This document shows, piece by piece, positions 8,530 through 16,684 of a DNA stretch of 20,000 nucleotides (positions are counted from its first letter, which is position 1; every line of letters begins with the position of its first letter). The notes beneath the pieces are model-generated. The model was given only the letters and a program-made list of their open reading frames with translations, ran no database searches and was not told the origin of the DNA. The position numbers and the translations under genes are program-made. Location of the stretch: sequence record SRR2962707_5488; one strand, given 5' to 3'.

Positions 8530-10140
8530 ATGACGTGGAATTTCGGTGATATTCTCGACAGTATTTCGTCGGCTCTGCCGCCGGATGCGCCCGCCCTTAT
8601 TCATGGCGATCGGGTGATCACATGGGGAGAAACGACACGGAGGTCCAACAATCTCGGGCGCGCGCTGATCGCGCGCGGTGCCCAGCCCGGCGACAAGGTC
8701 GCGTTCTATATGCGAAACCGGCCCGAATATGTCGAGACCATGGCGGCCTGCTTCAAGAGCCGTCTTGTCCATGTCAACATCAACTACCGCTACAATGCGG
8801 ACGAAGTTTTTTACATCTTCAATGACTCCGACGCGCAAACGGTCGTGTACGGTTCCGAGTTCCGGGACATCATCGTCGAACTAAAAGACCGGCTAACAAA
8901 AGTCGCCACTTTCATCGAGGTGAACGAAGACGGATCCTCTGCCACCTTCGCCGAAAATTACGAAAAGGTCGTCACCGACGGAGATGGCGCACCGCTCGAC
9001 ACTGAGCGTTCGCCGGACGATCTGCTGTTCATCTATACGGGCGGCACGACGGGTATGCCTAAAGGCGTGATGTGGCGTCACGACGATATGCGGGAGGCTC
9101 AGCTCACTACGCTTCGCGCATTGGGTCCGATCCCGGAGACGCTTCCCGAACTCGTCGAATTTATCAAGACTTCCGGTCCAGGCCCCAAGTCGATGCCGGC
9201 CTGCCCGCTGATGCACGGCACCGGCCTCATTACGGCTATCGGTAATATGATGAGTGGCGGCTGCATCGTCACGCTCGAGAGCCCCGCTTTCGACGCGCAT
9301 GAACTCTGGTCCGCGGTTTCACGTCATGGTGTCAATTCGCTGGCGATCGTCGGCGACGCGTTCGCCCGTCCGATGCTGGCGGCGCTCGACGATGCGCCCG
9401 GCAAATACAACTTGGCCAGCGTCGTCTCGATCGTTTCTTCCGGCGTTATGTGGAGCACGGAAGTGAAGCGCGGCCTGCTCAGACATTTACCTGATGTCAT
9501 TCTCATGGATTCCTTCGGAGCCTCGGAGGGGCTGGGTTTCGGCAGTTCGATTATGACGAGCGCCGGCGAGGTCAAGACCGCCAAGTTCCAGATCGGCGGC
9601 CGGTGCCGCGTGTTCGATGAAAGCGATCAGCCGGTCGAACCCGGCAGCGGCAAGCCGGGCATCATCGCCATGGGGGGCCCGATTCCCGTTGGTTATTACA
9701 AGGATCCGAAAAAGACCGCCGAGACCTTCAAGACCATCGCCGGGACCCGCTATTCCATTCCCGGCGATTGGTGCGTTGTGGAAAAGGATGGCAGTCTGAC
9801 ATTGCTGGGACGCGGCAGCGTCTGCATCAACACGGCGGGTGAAAAGGTCTACCCGGAGGAGATCGAGGAAGTTCTGAAGACGCATCCCGCCGTTGAGGAT
9901 GCGCTTGTCATCGGTGTGCCCGATCAGAAATGGGGTCAGGCGGTCACCGGCATCGTCATCCTGGCGACCGGCGCAAAGTTTGACGAAGAGGACTTGCGCA
10001 AGCACGTCCGCTCGCACCTCGCTGGCTACAAAACGCCCAAGCGCATTCTGCTGGGTATCGCACCTCTTCGCGCACCGAACGGCAAGGCCGACTACAAGGG
10101 CGTTACCGATTTCGCGAAACGCGAGCTTGGGGTTGCCTAG
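8530..10140 (+). CDS. Acyl-CoA synthetase / AMP-binding ligase (FadD19-like)
   Basis: ATG 8530 after AGGGAGGA. P-loop FIYTGGTTGMPKGVMW, DSFGASEG, PGD, GRGSVCINTAGEKVYPEEIE and PNGKADY. Confidence 0.93.
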   Translation: MTWNFGDILDSISSALPPDAPALIHGDRVITWGETTRRSNNLGRALIARGAQPGDKVAFYMRNRPEYVETMAACFKSRLVHVNINYRYNADEVFYIFNDSDAQTVVYGSEFRDIIVELKDRLTKVATFIEVNEDGSSATFAENYEKVVTDGDGAPLDTERSPDDLLFIYTGGTTGMPKGVMWRHDDMREAQLTTLRALGPIPETLPELVEFIKTSGPGPKSMPACPLMHGTGLITAIGNMMSGGCIVTLESPAFDAHELWSAVSRHGVNSLAIVGDAFARPMLAALDDAPGKYNLASVVSIVSSGVMWSTEVKRGLLRHLPDVILMDSFGASEGLGFGSSIMTSAGEVKTAKFQIGGRCRVFDESDQPVEPGSGKPGIIAMGGPIPVGYYKDPKKTAETFKTIAGTRYSIPGDWCVVEKDGSLTLLGRGSVCINTAGEKVYPEEIEEVLKTHPAVEDALVIGVPDQKWGQAVTGIVILATGAKFDEEDLRKHVRSHLAGYKTPKRILLGIAPLRAPNGKADYKGVTDFAKRELGVA

Positions 10141-10199
10141 ACGACGATTTGAGTGATGGCGCCGGAGATGGCGCGCGGGTATCCGCACGGGAGGACTAG

Positions 10200-10952
10200 A
10201 TGGGACGGGTAGACGGGAAAATCGCCTTTGTGACGGGCGGCGCCAATGGCATGGGGCGTTCTCACGCCTTGCTGCTTGCGCGCGAAGGCGCAACGCTGAT
10301 CGTGACCGACATGGACGAGAAGGGCGGCAACGCCGTGGTCGAGGAGATCAACGATCACGGTGGGCAGGCACGATTCTTCAGACACGATGTGTCGAGCGTG
10401 TCGGATTGGGAGCGGATTTCACAGCAGGCGATGTCCACTTTCGGACGCGTCGACATCCTCGTGAACAATGCCGGCATCCTCGTTTTTTCCGCTGTGCAGG
10501 ACACCTCGAATGAAGACTTCGCACGTATTCTCGACGTCAATGTTAAAAGCGTATTCTATGGCACAAAATACATATTGCCCGCGATGAAGGCGGCCGGTGG
10601 CGGCTCGATCGTCAATATTTCCTCGATCTACGGACTGATCGGTGCGCCCGCCACGGCGGCGTATCAGGCATCGAAGGGCGCCGTTCGCTTGCTGACGAAA
10701 TCGACGGCTGTGGATTATGCGCCTTTCAAGATTCGCGTGAATTCCGTGCACCCAGGAATCATTCGCACGAATATGACAAAGGATCTTCTCGGCGATGCGG
10801 ATGTCGCCAAACAGGTCTTGAGCGCCACGCTTATTGGTCGGCCCGCCGAACCCGTCGAGGTTTCCTATGCGGTCCTGTTTTTGGCATCCGACGAATCGTC
10901 CTACATGACCGGCTCCGAGGTTGTCGTCGACGGCGGCTACACGACCATGTGA
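10200..10952 (+). CDS. SDR alcohol dehydrogenase, cyclopentanol dehydrogenase (CpnA)-like
   Basis: TGGANGMG, NNAG, YQASK catalytic motif, RVNSVHPG. The segments MGRV..K...VTGGA.GMG..H..LLAREGA, VQDTSNE and SSIYGL.GAP..AAY.ASKGAVRL resemble recalled Comamonas CpnA. GGGAGG RBS. Confidence 0.85.
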   Translation: MGRVDGKIAFVTGGANGMGRSHALLLAREGATLIVTDMDEKGGNAVVEEINDHGGQARFFRHDVSSVSDWERISQQAMSTFGRVDILVNNAGILVFSAVQDTSNEDFARILDVNVKSVFYGTKYILPAMKAAGGGSIVNISSIYGLIGAPATAAYQASKGAVRLLTKSTAVDYAPFKIRVNSVHPGIIRTNMTKDLLGDADVAKQVLSATLIGRPAEPVEVSYAVLFLASDESSYMTGSEVVVDGGYTTM

Positions 10953-11056
10953 TCCATAGCGAAGCGATGGAGACTGAATTCACTGAAGGTCGAGGGGGTG
11001 TCGGTGAGCCGGGGAGGAGGTCTCCCGAGGAACGCTGGCGGGTCGGTCGCTGGATT

Positions 11057-11524
11057 TTATGATCGGGGTTCTCCGGACCGGCCAGCCATCATTCGCAAGG
11101 GCGTATATTCGATCACCGTTTCGTTCCGTTGGGTCACGATCCGGTTGCTGGTGCGCACCAGACCGCGCCCCTTGGATGTCGCTCGCGCTTGAAGCACTTC
11201 GCATTCTACATGAATTGTGTCGCCGACAAAGGTAGGTCCCTTGACGTTGAACTCCATGTGCAGAAAGGCGAGACCCGTCTCCTGCATCATCGACTGGACG
11301 AGTAAACCCTCAGCCATGCAATAGACCAGCGCACCGGGCACCACACGACCGCTCATGGGGCCGTGGGCCTTGAGATATTCGACATCGGTGAAGAGCACTT
11401 CCACCATGCCCGTCGTGTTGATGAAATTGACCAGGTCGGTTTCGGTGATCGTCCGCCCAATGGTGCGGAATTCCTCGCCGACCGTGAGGTCGTTCCAGCA
11501 CAAGCCGAGGCCTAACTTTCGCAT
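11057..11524 (-). CDS. MaoC/hot-dog fold (R-hydratase-like) protein
   Basis: ATG at 11524 after GGAGAGGAGG. WNDLTVGEEFRTIGRTITETD and GPTFVGDTIHVECEV are MaoC-type signatures. Confidence 0.85.
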   Translation of the reverse strand: MRKLGLGLCWNDLTVGEEFRTIGRTITETDLVNFINTTGMVEVLFTDVEYLKAHGPMSGRVVPGALVYCMAEGLLVQSMMQETGLAFLHMEFNVKGPTFVGDTIHVECEVLQARATSKGRGLVRTSNRIVTQRNETVIEYTPLRMMAGRSGEPRS

Positions 11525-11614
11525 GCCCTCCTCTCCTTGCAGGTAGCAGCGGTAACACGTCCTCATCCGCAAATTTTGTGGCTGATGCCGGAAAATGCGT
11601 TCCGACGCTTTGCT

Positions 11615-12880
11615 TCAGCCTGGAATTCGGACCGACATGCTCGAGTAGCCGTTGATCAGATTTGAAAAAACCCTCTCGGGTTCGCCGATCACTTCGATCG
11701 GCTTGTCAGGCCAGCGTTTCAGGATTTCTTCCCAGACGACGCGGAGTTGCATCTCTGCCAGCCGGTTGCCGACGCAGCGGTGGATGCCGAAGCCGAAGGA
11801 CAGGTGCTGGCGGGGACGCTTGCGGTCGATGATGAAGCTGTTGGCGTTTTCGATTGCCTCTTCGTCCCGGTTGCCAGAGACGTACCACATGACGACTTTG
11901 TCGCCCTTCTTGATCTGCTTGCCGCCAAGTTCTGTATCCTGAAGCGCGGTACGACGCATATGCGACAAGGGTGTCTGCCAACGGATGATTTCGGGAACCA
12001 TGGATTCGACGAGTTCCGGGTTGTCCCGCAGTTTCTTGTATTGACCCGGGTTCCGGTTCAGCGCCAGCAAGCCGCCGGTGATCGAGTTGCGGGTCGTATC
12101 GTTGCCGCCCACGATCAGGAGAAGAATATTCCCCAGATACTCCATCGGCCCCATATTTTTCGTCGCTTCGCCTTGGGCCAGCATGGTGATGAGATCGTTG
12201 CCAGGCTCGGTCGCGTTGATGCGCTGATTCCACAACTCGGTGAAGTAGGCAGCGCAATCGCGCAATTCATTCCTGCGGGCCTTCTCGGACTCCTCGTCGC
12301 CGAAGGCCGTGCCGGCGGTGGCTACATCCGACCAGCGGGTGAGTTTCGAGCGCTCTTCCCAAGGGAAATCGAAAAGAGTGGCGAGCATCTGCGTCGTCAG
12401 CTCGATCGACACGCGATCCACCCAGTTAAACGGTTCATCGATCGGCAGGGAATCGAGAATCGTACCGGCGCGCTCGCGGATCGTGTTTTCAAGTTTTGCC
12501 AGATTGCCGGGTGCGACGATGGGGCTTACGACCTTGCGCTGCGCGTCGTGCTTTGGTGGATCCATCATGATGAACATGGGCAGGAAGAAACCTTCTTCCT
12601 GATTCCGGAGAGCGACGCCACCTAGAGTCGCTTCGGACGAATAGATGCCGTGGTTGGTGTCGACATGCATGATGTCTTTGTATTTTGTCACCGACCAGAA
12701 CGAGCCGTATTCACTGTCCTTGCAGTAATGGACCGGATCTTCGCGGCGCAGCCGCTCGAAATACGGCCAGATCGCATTCGCCCTGAAGAGTTCCGGATTG
12801 CTGACATCGATCTTTTCAAGCGGGACCGCGTAGGCATCCGCAATCGACTTATCTCGAGCGGCAACCAGAGTTTCACTCAT
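11615..12880 (-). CDS. cyp153: Cytochrome P450, CYP153 family (alkane terminal hydroxylase type)
   Basis: ATG at 12880 after GGAGA. Motifs MFIMMDPPKHD, LLIVGGNDTTRN (I-helix), EIIRWQTPL and [18 protein letters not shown] (heme Cys). Confidence 0.93.
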   Translation of the reverse strand: MSETLVAARDKSIADAYAVPLEKIDVSNPELFRANAIWPYFERLRREDPVHYCKDSEYGSFWSVTKYKDIMHVDTNHGIYSSEATLGGVALRNQEEGFFLPMFIMMDPPKHDAQRKVVSPIVAPGNLAKLENTIRERAGTILDSLPIDEPFNWVDRVSIELTTQMLATLFDFPWEERSKLTRWSDVATAGTAFGDEESEKARRNELRDCAAYFTELWNQRINATEPGNDLITMLAQGEATKNMGPMEYLGNILLLIVGGNDTTRNSITGGLLALNRNPGQYKKLRDNPELVESMVPEIIRWQTPLSHMRRTALQDTELGGKQIKKGDKVVMWYVSGNRDEEAIENANSFIIDRKRPRQHLSFGFGIHRCVGNRLAEMQLRVVWEEILKRWPDKPIEVIGEPERVFSNLINGYSSMSVRIPG

Positions 12881-12963
12881 GACGGCGTCTCCATTGCGTT
12901 TCCAGAAGCCTGCGAATGCGTGACATAAGGGATGCCGGTTGGCCACCTTGCTCCTGTCGATTC

Positions 12964-12992
12964 ATTATAAGCATATTTCCGCAGCTTGTCAG
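12964..12992 (-). promoter_or_regulatory. Candidate sigma70 promoter for cyp153-maoC
   Basis: Minus strand CTGACA (12992-12987), 17 nt, TATAAT (12969-12964), about 85 nt upstream of the cyp153 start. Confidence 0.65.
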
Positions 12993-13091
12993 GTTGCATT
13001 CTTCGGGCAGCAATCCGGGTTGGCAGGAACTTCCCGAATAGTCGGTCACACGAATGTTACCGACCTTCCACCATCGGCTGCCTGTGGAATA

Positions 13092-13419
13092 TCAGGTCGG
13101 CAGGGCGACGGCGATCTCGCGCAGTTTGAACTTCTGGACCTTGCCGCTCGGCACCATGGCGTTCGCCGACGTTTCCGCCCGCTTCGGCAGATTTCCACGG
13201 TGAGCTCTGCGAGGCCGATGGCGACGCGATCGAGGGTCTTTCCGAAGTCGCGATAGTTGAGGCGGGCTTCCCTGGCTGTCGTTGAATTAAAATCGGCGAC
13301 CGCTGTCTTGTCCGGCACTTTAGCGATACAGCGGTCCAGATAGTCGGGGAGTTTGGCTGGCCAGAATCCGCCGATATTCATCGCCTTCACCTGCTCCTTG
13401 GGCAGCCTGTCAGGGATGT
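13092..13419 (-). pseudogene. aliA: Internally deleted cyclohexanecarboxylate-CoA ligase-like gene (aliA-like)
   Basis: N-terminal ligase segment (LPKEQVKAMNIGGFWP..PDYLDRCIAKVPDKTAVAD...RLNYRDFGKTLDRVAIGLAEL) joins near 13192, in another frame, to the C-terminal motif LPKRAE...PSGKVQKFKLREIAVALPT* (TGA at 13094-13092). The whole AMP-binding core is missing. Confidence 0.75.
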
Positions 13420-14284
13420 TTAAGTGATCTTCGGCTGGAAATAATCTGGCCGCCCGGGAGGCCACGGATCGCCCCAAAGCTACTCGCCGCCATCGACTGT
13501 AAGTACCTCGCCGGTGATGAATTTACCGCTGGGCGCTGCGAGGTAGGCGACCGCCTCTGCGATATCATGAGCGTCCCCAACGCGCAGCATGGGTTTCGCT
13601 TCTGGATATGTCTTCAGGCCTTCGGGAGGATATTGCATGAAGCCGCTCGTCTCGCAAACACCGGGCGCGACGCAGTTGACGCGGATGCGGTGCTGCGCCC
13701 ATTCGACCGCGACCGATTTGAAGAGGTAGATAACGCCAGCGCGCCGCGCAGGTGTGCGCGATGCCGGGCATTCCGCGCCAGATGTCGGCGACGATATTCA
13801 CGATCGAACCGGGGCTTTTTCTTTCGACCCATTGCTGCGCGGCGCTTTGCATCATGTACCAGGAACCGTTGAGGTTCGTGTCGATGACGGCATTCCATCC
13901 CTTGACCTTGAAGTCCAGGGCCATTTGCGGAAACTGGCCGCCGGCGTTGTTTACGAGAACGTCGAGCGCGCCGAACCTGTTCCAGACATCGTCGACGAAA
14001 TGTTTGACCTGATCAGGATCCCGTATGGTCAGCGAGGCGCTGAAAACGCGAGCACCCATTCTTTCCAGAAGCGCGACCGTCGCGGCAAGCCTTTCTTCGT
14101 TGCGTCCGCATATAGCGACGTTCGCGCCCAGTCGTGCAAAGAGGCAGGCTATGGCCTTGCCGAAGCCGCTTCCGCCACCGGAAACCACTACCGTTTTTCC
14201 GGAGAAGAGATCTGCGCGATAGACCGTAGGCAGAGCTTTCAGTTCATCATCGGAAAAACCGAAATGGGTGTTTTGGGCTTCCAT
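13420..14284 (-). pseudogene. SDR (trans-2-enoyl-CoA / 2,4-dienoyl-CoA reductase-like) with a frameshift and a nonsense codon
   Basis: SGGGSGFG, NNAGGQF and GMPGIAHTCAAR, then a frameshift near 13740. It continues as AGVIYLFKSVAVEWAQHRIRVNCVAPG...FITGEVLTVDGGE*LWGDPWPPGRPDYFQPKIT*, with in-frame TAG at 13482-13480 and the likely original stop at 13422-13420. Confidence 0.85.
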
Positions 14285-14309
14285 GTGCGTCGTCCCTCAA
14301 AAACTTCCG

Positions 14310-14945
14310 TCACGCAACAGTTTCGTCTTCACTGCTTCGTGCCGTTTCGTCCATTCCGATTCCGCTGAACAGCATTAGACACATATGGTCTGCCATCGTC
14401 TGTATGGACGTCCTGCCCGGCTGGTACCATTCAACCGACCAGTTGAGCGCACCCATGAGCAGCATGCGCACGAGACCAAGGTCGATGTCGCTGCGCAGCG
14501 CTCTCGACTTCTGAGCTTTGGCAAGTATGCGCCGCCAGAGTTCGGCGTAGGCGTCACGCAATTTGATGTGGCGTCGCCGCACGTCTTCGGGGATCTGTCC
14601 GAAGATGCGAATATTCGCGGATGTATAGTCGTCGAGTTTCAGCAGCGTGGTGAGATGTGCTTCGACGGCAGCACGAATTCGGTCGCGGTGCGATGAACCT
14701 GGGGGCAGGCACTCTTGGCTTTCCTCGACAGCTTCGTGAACCCGCCTCATGCCAATGTCCAGAACTTCTTCGAGAAGCTCGTCCTTCGAACCGAAATGGT
14801 AATAGAGGCTTCCCGCCTGCATATCGGCGGCTCTGGCGATTTCGATCAAGGTGGTCGCTGCGTAGCCTTTTTGACGAAACATCTTTGCGGCGGCGTCCAG
14901 TATTCTCGCGCGGCTTATGTCGGATTTACTCTGCTCGGTCGTCAC
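14310..14945 (-). CDS. TetR/AcrR family regulator (KstR2-like C-terminal domain)
   Basis: GTG start after GGAG. HTH RILDAAAKMFRQKGYAATTLIEIARAADMQAGSLYYHFGSKDELL and C-terminal GALNWSVEWY. Divergent from badH. Confidence 0.93.
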   Translation of the reverse strand: MTTEQSKSDISRARILDAAAKMFRQKGYAATTLIEIARAADMQAGSLYYHFGSKDELLEEVLDIGMRRVHEAVEESQECLPPGSSHRDRIRAAVEAHLTTLLKLDDYTSANIRIFGQIPEDVRRRHIKLRDAYAELWRRILAKAQKSRALRSDIDLGLVRMLLMGALNWSVEWYQPGRTSIQTMADHMCLMLFSGIGMDETARSSEDETVA

Positions 14946-14986
14946 GAATGCTCCATCAAGGCTTGCTTGGCGACAATGGTCTAAAA

Positions 14987-15041
14987 TCTAACATGCGTTC
15001 GAAACATATTGCACCCCATTTAAAATCGAATTAGTTTTAGA
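14987..15041. promoter_or_regulatory. Divergent promoter region with two candidate TetR operators
   Basis: Imperfect palindromes TCTAAC-ATGC-GTTCGA (14987-15002) and TCGAAT-TAGT-TTTAGA (15026-15041). A plus-strand TTGCAC (15009-15014), 17 nt, TAGTTT (15032-15037) promoter overlaps the second site. Confidence 0.55.
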
Positions 15042-15111
15042 AAAAAGTACCGCCGTTGCCATGACATAGTGAACTTATGTCTGAAGCGTCGCAGTGAGGG
15101 AGGAGGAAAAC

Positions 15112-15873
15112 ATGCGAGGACTCGATCTGAAACCGGTCATCGTCACCGGCGGCGCGAGCGGTATCGGAAAAGCAATTGCACTGAGGCTTGGCGAGGAAGG
15201 TGCCAAAGTTGCCATCTTCGACATGAACGAGAAGGGTGCCGAGGCCACCGCTGAAGCAATTCGTAAAAAGAGCGGTGCAGCTTGGGCTTATAAGGTCGAT
15301 ATCATCGACTATGCGGCCGTAGCGAGGACAGTCGACGCGTTTGAAGAAGCTGCTGGTCCGGTTTATGGGCTGGTGAACAATGCCGGATGGGACGAGGCAA
15401 GACCCTTTATCCAGACAGAGCCCGATTTCTGGAAAAAAGTGATCGACATCAATCTGTACGGGCCGCTTAACCTCACTCATGTCGTTGCACGCAAGCTTGC
15501 GGAGCAAGGTGCCGGCCGGATCGTCAGCATCTCATCGGATGCGGGTCGTGTTGGCTCGTCTGGCGAGGCGGTTTATTCCGCGGCCAAGGGCGGCGTCATC
15601 GCCTTCATGAAGACGATGGCGCGAGAATTCGCCAAAAAGGGCATCACGTTTAACACGATATGTCCGGGTCCGACGGACACGCCGCTGCTCGCATCCGTGG
15701 ACGCATCGGGCGGCGGACGTCTGACCGAGGCGCTCACCAAGGCGATCCCGATGCGCCGGTTGGCGCAGCCGGACGATTATCCGGGCATGGTCGCATTTTT
15801 TCTGAGCGACGATGCGAGTTTCATCACTGGCCAGACGATCAGCGTCTCGGGCGGTCTCTCCATGCACGGCTAA
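15112..15873 (+). CDS. badH: 2-hydroxycyclohexanecarboxyl-CoA dehydrogenase (SDR)
   Basis: ATG 15112 after GGAGGAGG. NNAGWD, SDAGRVGSSGEAVYSAAKGG, CPGPTDTPLL and ITGQTISVSGGLSMHG match BadH. Position before badI supports the call. Confidence 0.85.
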   Translation: MRGLDLKPVIVTGGASGIGKAIALRLGEEGAKVAIFDMNEKGAEATAEAIRKKSGAAWAYKVDIIDYAAVARTVDAFEEAAGPVYGLVNNAGWDEARPFIQTEPDFWKKVIDINLYGPLNLTHVVARKLAEQGAGRIVSISSDAGRVGSSGEAVYSAAKGGVIAFMKTMAREFAKKGITFNTICPGPTDTPLLASVDASGGGRLTEALTKAIPMRRLAQPDDYPGMVAFFLSDDASFITGQTISVSGGLSMHG

Positions 15874-15884
15874 CGAGGATTCCC

Positions 15885-16676
15885 ATGGACTACGAAGACA
15901 TTCTTTACGAAGAGAAAAATGGCGTCGCGACCATTACGATCAACCGTCCGAGGGTCTATAACGCGTTCCGCCCCCGCACCTGCGTTGAACTGATCGATGC
16001 TTTCCTGAAAGCGGGCTGGAACGAAGAAATCGGCGCGATTGTATTGACCGGGGCGGGCAACAAGGCGTTTTGCACCGGCGGCGATCAATCTGATCACGAT
16101 GGCGCCTATGGCGACGGCGAGACGCGCGGAACCATCGGCATGCCGGTCGAGGAACTGCACACGGTCATACGCGACGTGCCGAAACCAGTGATCGCCAAGG
16201 TGCGCGGTTATGCCATCGGTGGCGGCAATGTGCTGGCGACATTGTGCGACATGACGATTGCGGGCGAGAGCGCAGTCTTCGGACAGGTGGGCCCCAAGAT
16301 GGGCTCCGTCGATCCGGGCTTTGGTACCGCCTATCTCGCCCGCGTGGTCGGGGAGAAGAAGGCGCGCGAAATCTGGTACATGTGCCGGCGTTACCCGGCG
16401 CGCGAGGCGCTGGCGATGGGTCTCGTCAATGCGGTCGTTCCCGACGACAAGCTGGATGAGGAAGTGGACGCCTGGTGCGCCGAGCTTGTGGAGCGCAGCC
16501 CGACGGCGATTGCGATCGCCAAGAAATCGTTCAACGCCGACAGCGACAATATTCGCGGCATTGGCGGTCTCGGCATGCAGGCGCTCCGCCTCTACTACAA
16601 CTCGGCGGAGTCGAAAGAGGGCGTCAATGCGCTCAACGAAAAGCGCAAGCCGGAATTCCGCAAGCATATGAAATAG
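15885..16676 (+). CDS. badI: 2-ketocyclohexanecarboxyl-CoA hydrolase (MenB-like crotonase)
   Basis: ATG 15885 after GAGGA. AFCTGGDQS, PVEELH..IRDVPKPVIA, GQVGPKMGSVDPGFGT and KKAREIWYMCRRY are BadI signatures. Confidence 0.92.
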   Translation: MDYEDILYEEKNGVATITINRPRVYNAFRPRTCVELIDAFLKAGWNEEIGAIVLTGAGNKAFCTGGDQSDHDGAYGDGETRGTIGMPVEELHTVIRDVPKPVIAKVRGYAIGGGNVLATLCDMTIAGESAVFGQVGPKMGSVDPGFGTAYLARVVGEKKAREIWYMCRRYPAREALAMGLVNAVVPDDKLDEEVDAWCAELVERSPTAIAIAKKSFNADSDNIRGIGGLGMQALRLYYNSAESKEGVNALNEKRKPEFRKHMK

Positions 16677-16684
16677 GTGGCATC

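Noticed and set aside
1-10952. Cholesterol or steroid degradation cluster
   Set aside because: The families overlap (Ltp2-like, DUF35, heteromeric ACADs, FadD19-like) but no ring-degradation markers such as kstD, hsa or ipdAB are in the window. Not excluded, but unsupported.
10953-11056. Terminator or small RNA between the convergent SDR and maoC genes
   Set aside because: Only weak, mismatched stems and no U tract.
13480-13482. In-frame TAG as pyrrolysine or readthrough
   Set aside because: No pyl genes in the window, the gene is already frameshifted upstream, and a CAG to TAG mutation is the simpler explanation.
13730-13750. Programmed frameshift or phase variation in the SDR
   Set aside because: The GC run is very short, no slippery heptamer is present, and a second lesion (TAG) plus the adjacent deleted gene point to decay.
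15885-16676. menB (naphthoate synthase)
   Set aside because: BadI-type motifs, position between badH and aliB, and no other men genes.
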